This document shows, one piece after another, positions 34,680-47,950 of a DNA stretch of 64,000 nucleotides. Numbering within the stretch: position 1 is the stretch's first letter; every line of letters begins with the position of its first letter. The translations under genes and the position numbers were made by a program. Under the pieces are notes generated by a model. The model searched no databases and was not told the DNA's origin. It worked only from the letters and a program-made list of their open reading frames with translations. The stretch comes from Felis catus. Taxonomy: Eukaryota. Location: assembly GCF_018350175.1 (NCBI RefSeq), contig NC_058369.1, positions 10,604,001 to 10,668,000 of the forward strand, read 5' to 3'.

Positions 34680-36600
34680 ATTCAGATGAATTTTTTCATT
34701 CATTCTTAAATGTTTACTAGAAACAATGCAGATACCGTATAGTCATTATTTCATTGAAACATTTCAAAAACTGTACGTGGTATGATTACTTAATGTTACT
34801 GATGGGAAGAGTTACTGACAGCAGCGACACTGGTCATACAGGGCACATACCAGACTCTTTGGGACAATCTCAGAACACGGTGTTTCCAAAGATTTTTTAA
34901 ATTCAATAATAATTTTAACTTTAATTGGCTTTCGTATTTGAACAGTGGTACATTTACAAAACAAACTTGCTGTGATTTTTCAAATGGTTCTCATAAGCTC
35001 CTTTCCAGTTTCTCCTGTTATGAACACATCCTCTCTCTTACACATGTTACTTTTAATCGTCCTATCTGTTGACCTTCCACATGCAGTGACTTTTTCCTCA
35101 GTCTTCCTTTGTTCTTGAAGCAATTGATAGTGCTAAGAGTACTGGTCAGGAGTGCTGTGAAAAAAATCTTCTTTTGGGCTTGCCTTCTCTTCTTCTTGTT
35201 CTTCTTCTTCTTGTTCTTCTTCTTAATGAGAAGACTGGGACATGGATGTTGGACAGGGAGACTGGAGAGGGAAAAGAGGCATGTTCATTTCCTGACATCA
35301 AGGGTACACATTATCAACATGACTATTTCTCATTGGTGTTGATATCGATGTCCTGGCTGACATGATATTTGTCAGATTTGTCTTTCCCCTTTCTTTCCAT
35401 CTTGTCCTCCTGTAGGAAGTTTCTATGCACAACCCCATCTTTAAGTAGTGGTAGTTATCTCGCACCTCCTGAAGTGTAGAATATTTCTGCAAATCATTAG
35501 TTTTCTTCTACACTGGAGATTGTGTCTTCCATATTTTTTCAATTATTTACATTATATACTCTGTGTTATAACCCAATATTACTTTATTTTGTTGCTCAAA
35601 TTGTTTCAGCTTTGTCAAAGGAGAGCTCCTTCAGTTACTGATATGTCACTATGGCATGTCCCAACATTCTTGGCTCTTTGGAGGTATCATTTCATTACTG
35701 TCTTACAGGAGAAGATGCTTCAGCTTCACCTTCAGCTTATTGTATGTTCCTCTGGAGTTCTACAATGAGTCACTTCTGCAAGGAGCCCTGTTTAATTTTA
35801 TTGGATCATGGGATAAGATTCAAGATCTTGGTACCTGCTGTGCTTTTTGCTACCAGATTCTCTATATCCCATCAACTGACCTGGCAAAGACACATATAAG
35901 TGTTTACTACTCTGTGTATATGCAGACATCCATACATGTATCTGTATGTAACCCTCCGTATTTTTATATAAGCTGAAGCAAGTTCATACTGATGGCTCTA
36001 AAACTAATTTATTACCAAGGGATCATAAGAGCTACTCCACCTTGCTTACATGTGAAGTCCCATGCCAAATGTGATCACCTCTTTCCCACCATTTACTATT
36101 CATTTCCTAATGTGTTCAATTTCAGTTCACATGTGCAGGAGTATCAGCATTGTTAACAGTATCCTCTGGGACACATTTTATCAAGAATGGTGCAGTGCTT
36201 CTGTGCGGTTTCTTTCATGTCCAGTTTTTACAGACTCTTCTCCTTTCCCAGGTCTTGTTTTTCTGCACTTTTTTTGCCCACCTGTTTCACTGAGATTGTG
36301 TCCTACAGTTGTAATATAGTTAGATTGTTTTTTTCATATGTACATTCCAGTGTAAGATTCCATCTGTCACCTGGGTTTGATGTTTGCATTGATTTCAATT
36401 CTGCATTATGCAGACTTATATTGATTTATTGTATTTTATTATATTTACATATATAATATATATAATATAATAATATTGTAATACATTTATTATATTTATA
36501 ATATAATATTATATTGATTTACTATATTATTATATTGATTTATATTCACATAATGTTTGCATTAATTTATACTCTGAATTTATTACTCTAAGAGTTTTTC
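34680..36600. repeat. Segment shared only by units C and D (paralogue near 54865-56580); probably ancient L1 remnants plus (CTT)n near 35190-35223 and an AT-rich tract near 36410-36570
   Basis: Collinear C/D similarity; absent from A (junction near 5765) and B (junction near 16265). The ancient-L1 origin is a recalled resemblance only. Confidence 0.6.
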
Positions 36601-36624
36601 CTGTTTTTAATGCTTTCTTACTTT

Positions 36625-36850
36625 CATTTTTATTTATTGAAAAATTTTAAAAATATTTACTTATGTTTGAGAAAGAGGGACAGAGCATGAGTGGGGAGGG
36701 GTAGAGAGAGATGGAGACACAGAATCCAAAGCAGACTCTAGGCTCTGAGTTTTAGCACAGAGACTGACGTGAGGCTCGAACCCATGAACCATGAGATCAT
36801 GACCTGAGCTGAAGTTGGACGCCCAACTGACTGAGCCACTCAGGCGCCCC
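36625..36850 (-). mobile_element. Can-SINE abutting the L1 polyA end
   Basis: Ends gagccactcaggcgcccc; ttaatg is present on both sides. Confidence 0.92.
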
Positions 36851-39006
36851 TTAATGTTTTTTTTTTTTAATATGAAATTTATTGTCAAATTGGTTTCGAT
36901 ACAACACCCAGGGCTCATCCCAACAGGTGCCCTCTTCAATGCCCATCACCCACTTTCCCCTCCCTCCAACCCCCCATCAACCCTCACTTTGTTCTCAGTT
37001 TTTAAGTGTCTCTTAAGGTTTGCCTCCCTCCCTAACTTTTTTCTTCTCCTCCCCCATGGTCTTCTGTTAACTTTCTCAGGATCCACATAAGAGTGAAAGC
37101 ATAAGGTATCTGTCTTTCTCTGTGTGACTTATTTCACTTAGCATAACACTGTCCAGTTCCATCCACGTTGCTACAAAAGGCCAGATTTCATTCTTTCTCA
37201 TTGCCAAGTAGTATTCCATTGTGTATATAAACCACAATTTCTTTATCCATTCATCATTTGATGGACATTTAGGCTCTTTACACAATTTGGCTATTGTTCA
37301 GAGTGCTGCTATAGACATTGGGGTACAAATGCCCCTGTGCATCAGCACTCCTGTATCCCTTGGGTAAATTCCTAGCAGTGCTATTGCTGGGTCATAAGGT
37401 AGATCTATTTTTAATTTTTTGAGGAACCTCCACACTGTGTTCCAGAGTGGCTGCACCAGTTTGCATTCCCACCAACAGTGCAAGAGGGATCTCGTTTCTC
37501 CACATCCTCGCCAGCATCTATAGTCTCCTGATTTGTTCATTTTGGCCACCCTGACTGGCATGAGGAAGTATCTGAGTGTGGTTTTGATTTGTATTTCCCT
37601 GATAAGGAGCGACGTTGAGCATCTTTTCATGTGCCTGTTGGCCATCCAGATGTCTTCTTTAGAGAAGTGTCTATTCATGTTTTCTTCCCCTTTCTTCACT
37701 GGCTTATTTGTTTTTTGGGTGTGGAGTTTGGTGAGCTCTTTATAGATATTGGATACTAGCCCTTTGTCTGAAATGTCATTTGCAAATATCTTTTCCAATT
37801 CCATTGGTTGCCTTTTAGTTTTGTTGATTGTTTCCTTTGCAGTGCAGAAGCTTTTTATCTTCTTGAGGTTACAATAGTTAAATTTTGTTTTTAATTCCCT
37901 TGACTTTGGAGATGTGTCAAGTAATAAATTGCTGTGGCTGAGGTCAGAGAGGTGTTTTCCTGCTTTCTCCTCTAGGGTTTTGATGGTTTCCTGTCTCACA
38001 TTCAGGTCCTTCATCCATTTTGAGTTTATTTTTGTGAATGGTGTAACAAAGTGGTCTAGTTTCTTCTGCATGTTGCTGTCCAGTTCTCCCAGCACCATTT
38101 GTTAAAGAGACTGCCTTTTTTCCATTGGATATTCTTTCCTGCGTTATCAACGATTAGTTGGCCATACTTCTGTGGGTCCAATTCTGGAGTCTCTATTCTA
38201 CTCCATTGGTCTATGTGTCTGTTTCTGTTCAATACCATACTGTCTGATGATTACAGCTTTGTAGTAGAGGCTAAAGTCTTGGATTGTGATGCCTCCCACT
38301 TTGGTCTTCTTCTTCAATATTACTTTGGCTATACGGGGTCTTTTGTGGTTCCATACAAATTTTAGGATTGCTTGTTCTAGCTTCGAGAAGAATGTTAGTG
38401 CAATTTTGATTGGGATTTTATTGAATGTGTAGATAGCTTTGGGTAGTATTGACATTTTAACAATATTTATTCTTCCAATCCATGAGCATGGAATGTTTTT
38501 CCATTTCTTTATATCTTCTTCAATTTCCTTCATAAGATTTCTATAGTTTTCAGCTTACAGATGTTTTACCTCTTTGGTTAGGTTTATTCCTAGGTATTTT
38601 ATGCTTCTCGGTGCAATTGTGAATGGGATCAGTTTCTTTATTTGTCTTTCTGTTGCTTCATTATTAGTGTATAAGAATGCAACTGATTTCTATACATTGA
38701 TTTTGTATCCTGCGACTTTGCCAAATTCATGTATCAGTTCTAGCAGACTTTTGGTGGAGTCTATTGGATTTTCCATGTATAATATAATATCATTTGCAAA
38801 AAGTGAAAGCTTGACTTCATCTTTGCCAATTTTGATGCCTTTGATTTCCTTTTGTTGTCTGATTGCTGATGCTAGCACTTCCAGCACTATGTTAAACAAC
38901 AGCGGCGAGTTGGACATCCCTGTCGTGTTCCTGATCTCAGGGGAAAGCTCTCAGCTTTTTCCCATTGAGGATGATATTAGCTGTGGATTTTTCATAAGTG
39001 GCTTTT

Positions 39007-40388
39007 TTTAAATATGAAATTTATTGACAAATTGGTTTCCATACAACACCCAGTGCTCATCCCAAAAGGTGCCCTCCTCAATACCCATCACCCACCTTCT
39101 CCTCCCTCCCACCCCCCATCAACCCTCAGTTTGTTCTCAGTTTTTAACAGTCTCTTATGCTTTGGCTCTCTCCCACTCTAACCTGTTTTTTTTTTCTTCC
39201 CCTCCCCCATGGGTTCCTGTTAAGTTTCTCAGGATCCACATAAGAGTGAAACCATATGGTATCTGTCTTTCTCTGTATGCCTTATTTCACTTAGCATCAC
39301 ACTCTCTAGTTCCATCCACGTTGCTACAAAAGGCCATATTTCATTTTTTCCCATGCCACGTAATATTCCATTGTGTATATAAACCACAATTTCTTTATCC
39401 ATTGATCAGTTGATGGACATTTAGGCTGTTTCCATAATTTGGCTATTGTTGAGAGTGCTGCTATGAACATTGGGGTACAAGTGGCCCTATGCATCAGTAC
39501 TCCTGTATCCCTTGGATAAATTCCTAGCAGTGCTATTGCTGGGTCATAGGGTAGGTCTATTTTTAATTTTCTGAGGAACCTCCACACTGCTTTCCAGAGC
39601 GGCTGCACCAATTTGCATTCCCACCAACAGTGCAAGAGGGTTCCCGTTTCTCCACATCCTCTCCAGCATCTAGAGTCTCCTAATTTGTTCATTTTGGCCA
39701 CTCTGACTGGCGTGAGGTGATACCTGAGTGTGGTTTTGATTTGTATTTCCCTGATAAGGAGCGACGCTGAACATCTTTTCATGTGCCTGTTGGCCATCCG
39801 GATGTCTTCTTTAGAGAAGTGTCTATTCATGTTTTCTGCCCATTTCTTCACTGGGTTATTTGTTTTTCGGGTGTGGAGTTTGGTGAGCTCTTTATAGATT
39901 TTGGATACTAGCCCTTTGTCCGATATGTCATTTGCGAATATCTTTTCCCATTCCGTTGGTTGCCTTTTAGTTTTGTTGGTTGTTTCCTTTGCTGTGCAGA
40001 AGCTTTTTATCTTCATAAGGTCCCAGTAATTCACTTTTGCTTTTAATTCCCTTGCCTTTGGGGATGTGTCGAGTAAGAGATTGCTACGGCTGAGGTCAGA
40101 GAGGTCTTTTCCTGCTTTCTCCTCTAGGGTTTTGATGGTTTCCTGTCTCACATTTAGGTCCTTTATCCATTTTGAGTTTATTTTTGTGAATGGTGTGAGA
40201 AAGTGGTCTAGTTTCAACCTTCTGCATGTTGCTGTCCAGTTCTCCCAGCACCATTTGTTAAAGAGGCTGTCTTTTTTCCATTGGATGTTCTTTCCTGCTT
40301 TGTCAAAGATGAGTTGGCCATACGTTTGTGGGTCTAGTTCTGGGGTTTCTATTCTGTTCCATTGGTCTATGTGTCTGTTTTTGTGCCA
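39007..40388 (-). mobile_element. Young 5'-truncated L1 nested within ORF2 of the older L1
   Basis: Perfect TSD cataagtggctttt at 38993-39006 and 40389-40402; a 355-codon open ORF2 C-terminal frame. Confidence 0.95.
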
Positions 40389-41461
40389 CATAAGTGGCTT
40401 TTATGATGTTTAAGTATGTTCCTCATATCCTGAATTTCTCTAGGGTTTTGTTAAGCAAGGATGCTGAATTTTGTCAAATGCTTTTTCTGCATTGATTGAC
40501 AGTATCATATGATTCTTTTCTTTTCTTTTCTTTTCTTTTTGTGATGTATCACGTTGATTGATTTGTGAATGTTGAACCAGCCCTTCATCCCAGGAATGAA
40601 TCCCACTTGATCATGGTGAATCATTCTTTTTATATGCTGTTGAATTTGATTTGTTAGTATCTTATTGAGGATTTTTGCATCCATATCCATCAGGGATATT
40701 GGCCTGTAGTTCTCTTTTTTTGCTGGGTCTCTGTCTGGTTTAGGAATCAAAGTAATGCTGGCCTCATAGAATGAGTCTGGAAGTTTTCCTTTCCTTTCTA
40801 TTTTTTGGAACAGCTTGAGAAGGACAGATATTATCTCTGCTTTAAATGTTTGGTAGAATTCCCCAGGGAAGCCATCTGGTCCCGGACTCTTATTTGTTGG
40901 GAGATTTTTGATAACTGATTAAATTTCTTCACTGGTTATGGGTCTGTTCGAGTTTTCTATTTCTTCCTGTTTGAGTTTTGGAAGTGTGTGGGTGCTTAGG
41001 AATTTGTCCATTTCTTCTAGTTTGTCCAGTTTGTTGGCATATAATTTTTCATAGTATTCCCTGATAATTGCTTGCATTTCTGAGGAATTGGTTGTAATTA
41101 TTCCATTTTCATTCATGATTTTATCTATTTGGGTTATCTCCCCCCCCTTTTTTTTTTGAGAAGCCTGGCTAGAGGTTTATCAATTTTGTTTATTTTTTCA
41201 AAAACCAACTCTTGGTTTCATTGATCTGCTCTATGGTTTTTTTTTTTATTATATATTGTTTATTTCTGCTCTGATCTTTATTATTTCTCTTCTTCTGCTG
41301 GGTTTGGGGTGTCTTTGCTGTTCTGCTTCTATTTCCTTTAGGTGTGCTGTTAGATTTTGTATTTGGGATTTTTCTTGTGTCTTGAGATAGGCCTGGATTG
41401 CAATCCAGAACTCTCAGAACTGCCTTTGCTGCATTCCAAAGCATTTGGATTACTGTATTTT

Positions 41462-41692
41462 CTTTTTTTTTATTAAAAAAATTTTTTTTAACGTTTATTT
41501 ATTTTTGAGACAGAGAGAGACAGAGCATGAATGGGGGAGGGTCAGAGAGAGAGGGAGACACAGAATCTGAAACAGGCTCCAGGCTCTGAGCCATCAGCAC
41601 AGAGCCTGACGCAGGGCTTGAACTCACGAACTGTGAGATCATGACCTGAGCCGAAGTCAGACACTTAACTGACTGAGCCACCCAGGCACCCC
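41462..41692 (-). mobile_element. Can-SINE nested in L1 ORF2
   Basis: TSD tggattactgtattttc. Confidence 0.94.
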
Positions 41693-44600
41693 TGGATTAC
41701 TGTATTTTCATTTTCATTTGTTTCCATATATTTTTAAATTTCTTCTCTAATTGCCTGGTTGACCCATTCATTCTTTAGTAGGGTGTTCTTTAACCTCCTT
41801 CAAGTTTCATAGCATTGTGGTCCTAAAGTGTGCATGGTATGATCTCAATTCTTGTATACTTATGAAGGGCTGTTTTGTGACCCAGTATGTGATCTATCTT
41901 GGAGAATGTTCCATGTGCACTCGAGAAGAAAGTAAATTGTGTTGCTTTGGGAGGCAGACTTCTAAATATATCTGTCAAGTCCATCTGATCCAATGTATCA
42001 TTCAGGGCCTTTGTTTCTTTATTGATCCTGTGTCTAGATGATCTATCCATTGTTGTAAGTGGGGTATTAAAGTCCCTTGCAATCACCACATTCTTATCAA
42101 TAAGGTTGTTTATGTTTGTGATTGTTTTATATATTAGGAGGCTCCTGAATTCAGCTCATAGACGTTTATAACTGTTAGCTCTTCCTGATGGATAGACCCT
42201 GTGATTATTATATATGCTCTTCTTCATCTCTTGTTACAGCCTATAATTTAAAGTCTAGTTTGTCTGATATAAGTATGGCTACTCCAGCTTTCTTTTGACT
42301 TCCAGTAGCATGATAGATAGTTCTCCATCCCCTCACTTTCAATCTGAAGGTGTCCTCAGGCCTGAAACGAGTCTCTTGTAGACAGCCAATAGATGGGTCT
42401 TGTTTTTTTGTCCATTCTGATACCTTATGTCTTTTGGTTGGAGCATTGAGCCCATTTAAATTTAGTGTTATTATTGAAACATATGGGTTTAGAGTCCTTG
42501 TAATGTCTGTAGGTTTCATGCTTGCAGTGATGTCTCTGGTACTTTGTGGTCCTTGCAACATTTCACTCACAGAATCCCCCTTAGGATCTCTTGTAGGGCT
42601 GGTTTAGTGGTGATGAATTCCTTCAGTTTTTGTTTGTTTGGGAAATCCTTTATCTCTCCTTCTATTCTGAATGACAGACTTGCTGGATAAAGGATTCTTG
42701 GCTGCATATTTTTCTGTTCGTCACATTGAAGATTTCCTGCCATTCCTTTCTGGCCTGCCAAGTTTTAGTAGTTAGGTCTGCAACTACTCTTATGCCTTTG
42801 TAAGTTAGAGCCTGTTTATCCCTAGCTGCTTTCAGAATTTTCTCTTTATCCTTGTATTTTGCCAGTTTCACTATGATATGTCTTGTGGAAGATCAATTCA
42901 AGTTACGTCTGAAGGGAGTTCTCTGTGCCTCTTGGATTTCAATGCCTTTTTCCTTCTCCAGAGCAGGGAAGTTCTCAGCTATGATTTGTTCAAGTACACC
43001 TTCAGCCCATTTCTCTCTCTCTTTTCCTCTTCTGGAATTCCTATGATACAGATATTGTTGGTTTGATTACATCACTTAGTTCTCTAATTCTCCCCTCATA
43101 TTCCTGGATTTTTTTCTCTCTTTTTCTCAGCTTCCTCTTTTTCCATAATTTTATCTTCTAATTCACCTATTCTTTCCTTTGCCTCTTCAATCCGTGCTAT
43201 GGCCACCTCCATGTTATTTTGCACCTCATTTATAGCATTTTTTGGCTCCTCATGACATTTCTTAGTCCCTTGATCTCTGTAGCAATAGATTCTCTGCTGT
43301 CCTCTGTACTTTTTTCTAGCCCAACGATTGATTTTATGACTATTATTCTAAATTCTTGTTCCATTATTGGTTGTTTTTGATCAATTCGTTAGCTGTCGCT
43401 ACTTCCTGGAGTTTCTTTTGAGGAGAATTTTTCCATTTTCTCATTTTGGGTAGTCCCTGGGATGGCCCGGAACTGCAGGGCTCTTCCTCTGTGCTGTCCG
43501 GAGTAACTTGTGTTGGTGGGTGGGGCCACAGTCAGACCCGATGTCTGCCCCCAGCCCACCACTGGGGTCATGGTCAGGCTGGTGTGTACCTTATCTTCCC
43601 TCCTCCCAGGGGCAGGACTCACTGTGGAGTGGTGTGGCCCTGTCTGGGCTACTTGCACACTGCCAGGCTTGTGGTGCTGCTTCGATGGGATCTGGTGTAT
43701 TAGCTGGGGTGGATCCGCAAGGTGCACAGAGACAGGAGGGGCAGGCTTAGCTCACTTTGCTGTCAGTAGTCCCCTGTGGGAGGCGTCCCATAGCACCGGG
43801 AGGGAGGCCGACCCATCGGAGGGATGGATCCACAGAAGCACAGTGTTGGGCATTTGTTGGGGAAGCAAGTTTGGTGATGGGAACAGGTTCCCTTTGGAAT
43901 TTCGGGTGGGGAATGGGAGAGGGAGATGGCACTGGCCAACGCCTTTGTATCCTGCTGAGCTGAGCTCTGTCTTCTGGGGCTCCACAACTCTCCCTCCCAG
44001 TGTCCTCTCGCCCTCCCTGCTCTCAGAGAGCAGAGCTGTTGACTTTTAACATTCCAGATGTTAAGTCCCGCTGGCTGCCAGAACTCATGGAGTCTGGACC
44101 CTCTGCTTCTGCAAGTCAGACTCAGGGGCTCTGCCTTGCCCGGTGGGCTGCCCCTCCACCACCCCGGCTCCCTCCCGCCAGTCCATGTAGCATGCACCGC
44201 CTCTCTGCCCTTCCTACCCTCTTGTCTACACTTGGCTCTGGAGAGTCTGTTCTGCTAGTCTTCTGGCAGTTTTCTGGGTTATTTAGGCAGGTGTGGGTGG
44301 AATCTAAGCGATCAGCAGGACGAGGTGAGCCCAGCGTCCTCCTATGCTGCCATCTTCCCCTCTGAGTCCCCCAATTTTTTTTAAATAAAATCAATTTCTT
44401 TTAAAGAGAAATCATATTACTCCTTCCATTCTAATTTTGATCCTTTTCTTTCTTTCTTTTTCTTTCCTTTTTTTGGCGAGTTGCTCTGTCTGGAACCTGC
44501 ATTATACCACGTTGTATATAAAGGTATGAAAACAAACATGCTTATCCTGCCTTATCTTAGGGGTCACTCTCAGTGTTTCACTTTTCAGAACTATTTTACA

Positions 44601-45873
44601 GGTGGGTTTACATATATGACCTATTTCGTGTTGTGGAAGTTTCCTTCTATTCTTAGTTACTTGAATGCTGTCAGTCTAAGGAATGCTCCATTTTGCCACA
44701 TTTTATTTACCATCTGTGGACATACTTATGTTACCCTTTTTCTGTTAATATGGTGTATTACACTGAGGGAGTTTTATTGCCTTACTGGAATAAATGCCAT
44801 TTGGTCATGATACATAATCCTTTTCTACACCATGATCAAAGGCTGCATTGCTGGAATATGTTCACATGTATATTCCTTGGGAATATTGTTGTGTACTTTT
44901 CTTGCAATGTCTTTTCATGGCTTTGGTATCAGTGCAATGCTGGCCTGATGGAATAAAGTAAGAAGTGTTTCCCATTTGATTTTTTTTTTTGGAAGACACT
45001 GACAAAGATTGATGTTAATTCTTCTAATTCTGTGTGGTTCTTGTGTACCTTAACCATGACTACTCCACTGGAAAGCCTACTTTCACAGTGGAAAGCCTAC
45101 AATCACAAACTGTAATTCTGCTAGGAGAAAGAATCTCTTTGACTTATGGTGTAGCCTGTCCTCTGCTTTCTAAAAAGTGTGCTTCAGCTACAAGAATACA
45201 CAGTAGTACCACAATAATGGAGAACTCTCTCTGTCTCTTTCCCTAGCCACATGTGTGTGTATGTGTGTGTATAGATCAAAGAGAACTTATCAATGTAGTA
45301 CACACCCGTTAAGTATTTACAGCAACCTGAAGCTGTCTTATGCAATAGAAAATGCAGAATTTAGACCAACTGGAGACCTAGAGTAAGGGAAGGGAGAAAG
45401 AGAATTATGGAGAAATGAGTTATGTTCCATTTGCTTACATTACATAAAATGTATCCTGTTGTAGACAGACATCATATATAACATATATAACTGTAGTGTC
45501 CAGTGCCTTAGAATGTTTCCACAGATACAGGAGTTTTTGAGTTCTTCTCTTATTTACATACAACTCCTACTCCTGTTGTGTTACCTGCTCTGCTCACAAC
45601 GTTCTCTTTGATGTTGCCTGATGATTTGTGGTGAGTTCTTGACTCAAGGTCTTTGCATATGCAATTTGTCTGCCTTAACTGGTTTTCTCAAAGTTATACA
45701 CATGGGTCACATATCCCTTGGTTTTCCAGCTCAGAAGCCCCTGATTAGACATGATACAATGACAGGTTTCCCTTCTACTTAGAACTCCTTTGTCCTGAAT
45801 TATTTTCCTTATTAGTTGTAACCACCATTTGAAACATCATTGATTCATTTATTTATATTATACTCCTCCCTCT

Positions 45874-45875
<2 letters not shown>

Positions 45876-45914
<39 letters not shown>
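45876..45914. repeat. (CA)n microsatellite
   Basis: Expanded only in C; short cacacac seeds occur at the paralogous sites. Confidence 0.95.
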
Positions 45915-45916
<2 letters not shown>

Positions 45917-46288
45917 CTAATACTAAGTCTTGTTAAGTTCAAACACACATCACTACTTTTTGCAATGCTTTCAACCAAACTTGTCACAAGGTATTTTGTT
46001 AAATTTTGTTGGGTGAATAAAAAAGTCTCAGGAAATTTATGGAGGAGAACATTGTTTTGAATTATGTTTTTTTATTTGGATCAAGAACTGCTAACAGTTT
46101 CAGCCTCACAGAAAACATGGAGCATTTGAGAGTCCCTGAAATTTTCTGGTACGTATTCTAGGTTGGTAGAGAATGTGTAAGAATTAATGAGTGCATCATG
46201 TTGAAAACACAGCATTTCTTTTCATTCTTTGATCACTGCTGATGCCTTTACAAGGATCTTGTCTGTTCCAGCTGTTTTCATCAGTTAC

Positions 46289-47257
46289 ATGGAAGGAAGA
46301 AATCAAACTCATGTTACAGAATTTATCCTCCTGGGACTCTCAGACCAGGGGGAACAGCAGTCTCTGCTCTTTTGGCCGTTCCTGTCCATGTACCTGGTCA
46401 CCTTCACTGGGAACCTACTCATGATCCTGGCCATTATCACGGACTCTCGCCTCCACATGCCCATGTACTTCTTCCTCTCCAACCTGTCCTTTTCAGACAT
46501 CTGTTTCACCTCTGCCACCATCCCAAAGATGCTGCTGAACATCCAGACACAGAGCAGAGCGATCTCCTACGAAGGGTGCCTCAGTCAGATGTACTTTTTC
46601 ATGCTTTTTGGAGGATTAGACCACTTTCTCTTGACAGTGATGGCCTATGACCGGTTCGTGGCCATCTGTCACCCATTGCACTACATGGTCATCATGAACC
46701 CCAAGTTCTGTGGCATCCTGCTCCTGGGATCCTGGATACTGAGTGTTCTTGCCTCTCTATTACTTGACTTACTGATTTTGCGACTCTCTTTTTGCACAAA
46801 GCTGGAAATCCTTCACTTTTTCTGTGAACTTAAGCAGGTGATCCAACTTGCTTGCTCCGATAGGTTCCTCAATGACCTGGCAGTGTATTTGGTAAGTGGA
46901 CTTCTGGGTGTTGTTCCACTCACTGGCATCCTGTTCTCTTACTCTAGAATTGTCACTTCCATTTTGAGAATTTCATCAGTGAGGGGCAAGTATAAAGCAT
47001 TTTCCACGTGTGGGTCTCACCTCTCAGTGGTCTCTTTGTTCTATGCTACAGGCCTGGGGGTGCATCTGAGTTCTGCTGCTGCACAAAACTCCAGGGCAAG
47101 TGCCATAGCCTCAGTCATGTACACGGTGGTGACGCCCATGTTGAACCCCTTCATCTATGGTCTGAGGAACAGAGACATCAAGCAAGCCCTGGGAAAACTC
47201 TTTAGCAGAGGGGCGTTCTCTGCATATAGGATTCTTTGTTTTAAGATAAAGTTATGA
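46289..47257 (+). CDS. Olfactory receptor family 7 (OR7A/OR7C-like), 322 aa, intact (copy C)
   Basis: The true start is ATG 46289 (MEGRNQT), paralogous to B; the ORF track's non-ATG upstream extension crosses the putative splice acceptor. All OR motifs are present, with LACSDR in place of LACSDT. Confidence 0.93.
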   Translation: MEGRNQTHVTEFILLGLSDQGEQQSLLFWPFLSMYLVTFTGNLLMILAIITDSRLHMPMYFFLSNLSFSDICFTSATIPKMLLNIQTQSRAISYEGCLSQMYFFMLFGGLDHFLLTVMAYDRFVAICHPLHYMVIMNPKFCGILLLGSWILSVLASLLLDLLILRLSFCTKLEILHFFCELKQVIQLACSDRFLNDLAVYLVSGLLGVVPLTGILFSYSRIVTSILRISSVRGKYKAFSTCGSHLSVVSLFYATGLGVHLSSAAAQNSRASAIASVMYTVVTPMLNPFIYGLRNRDIKQALGKLFSRGAFSAYRILCFKIKL

Positions 47258-47396
47258 ATAACAGGGCTTAACACCCTAGAAGACCTAGATCATGATATTT
47301 GTATCAGTTCAGAGGCTGACAGTCTGCAGTTTATCTTTCTACAGTATTCAGTTGCTAAAAGTTTTTCATACACTATAAGCAACATTTCTTCTGAAA

Positions 47397-47697
47397 TTTT
47401 TTAAAGTTTATTTATTTATTTTGAGAGAGAGGGAGCAAGAGCGTGTGGGAGGAGCAGATACAGATTGAAGATATATCCTATACTGTGTCCATATTGTCAG
47501 CGCAGAACCTGAAGTGGGGCTCAATCTCAGAAAGCATGAGATCTTGAGGTAAAGTGAAATCAAGCGTTGGACGCTCAACTGACTGAGCCACCCCGGCACC
47601 TGTCTTCTGCATTTTCAAACGTTTTTACACCTCCCATTAAATTCCATTGCATGGGTTTAAAAATATTTTTTGTTGTTTATTCATATTCTGTGTGTGG

Positions 47698-47742
<45 letters not shown>

Positions 47743-47950
47743 TGTGAGAGTGAGAGAGAGAGAGACAGAGAGACAGAGAGAGACAGCGTAGTGGGGGAGG
47801 GGCAGAGAGAGAGGGAGGCACAGAATCAGAAGCAGGCTCCAGGCTCTGAGCTGTCAGCACAGAGCAAGACGCAGGATTTTAAACCATGAATTGTGAGATC
47901 ATGAGCTGAGCCAAAGTCGACGCTCAACCAACTGCGCTACCACGTGCCCC
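47397..47950 (-). mobile_element. Two Can-SINEs 3' of OR C, the second with a (TG)n/(GA)n expansion
   Basis: Paralogous to 26290-26740. Confidence 0.85.

Larger units (their letters stand above)
36856..44372 (-). mobile_element. Near full-length, decayed LINE-1 in the putative intron of copy C
   Basis: PolyT at 36856. ORF2 fragments include RT motifs [10 protein letters not shown] and [10 protein letters not shown] and endonuclease SIITLNLNGLNAPTKR. ORF1 starts near 43444. A GC-rich 5'UTR of about 0.9 kb ends GAGGGGAAGATGGC. The site is empty in D near 56580. Confidence 0.95.

Noticed and set aside
39324..40391. 355-aa ORF as a host gene or active L1
   Set aside because: It is only the ORF2 C-terminal part of a 5'-truncated L1, with no promoter, endonuclease or RT core.
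43389..44394. Cluster of overlapping 60-180 aa ORFs (also 23757-24351 and 2711-3637) as novel genes or an L1 ORF0
   Set aside because: Expected in GC-rich L1 5'UTRs. Many start at non-ATG codons, and the frames are not preserved between the related UTR copies.
45069..45100. Short direct repeat tggaaagcctac x2
   Set aside because: A local slippage duplication in unit C only, with no functional hint.
46229..46288. N-terminal extensions of the C (342 aa) and D (350 aa, from 58428) ORFs
   Set aside because: They begin at non-ATG codons, cross the conserved splice acceptor, and are not conserved in A or B.
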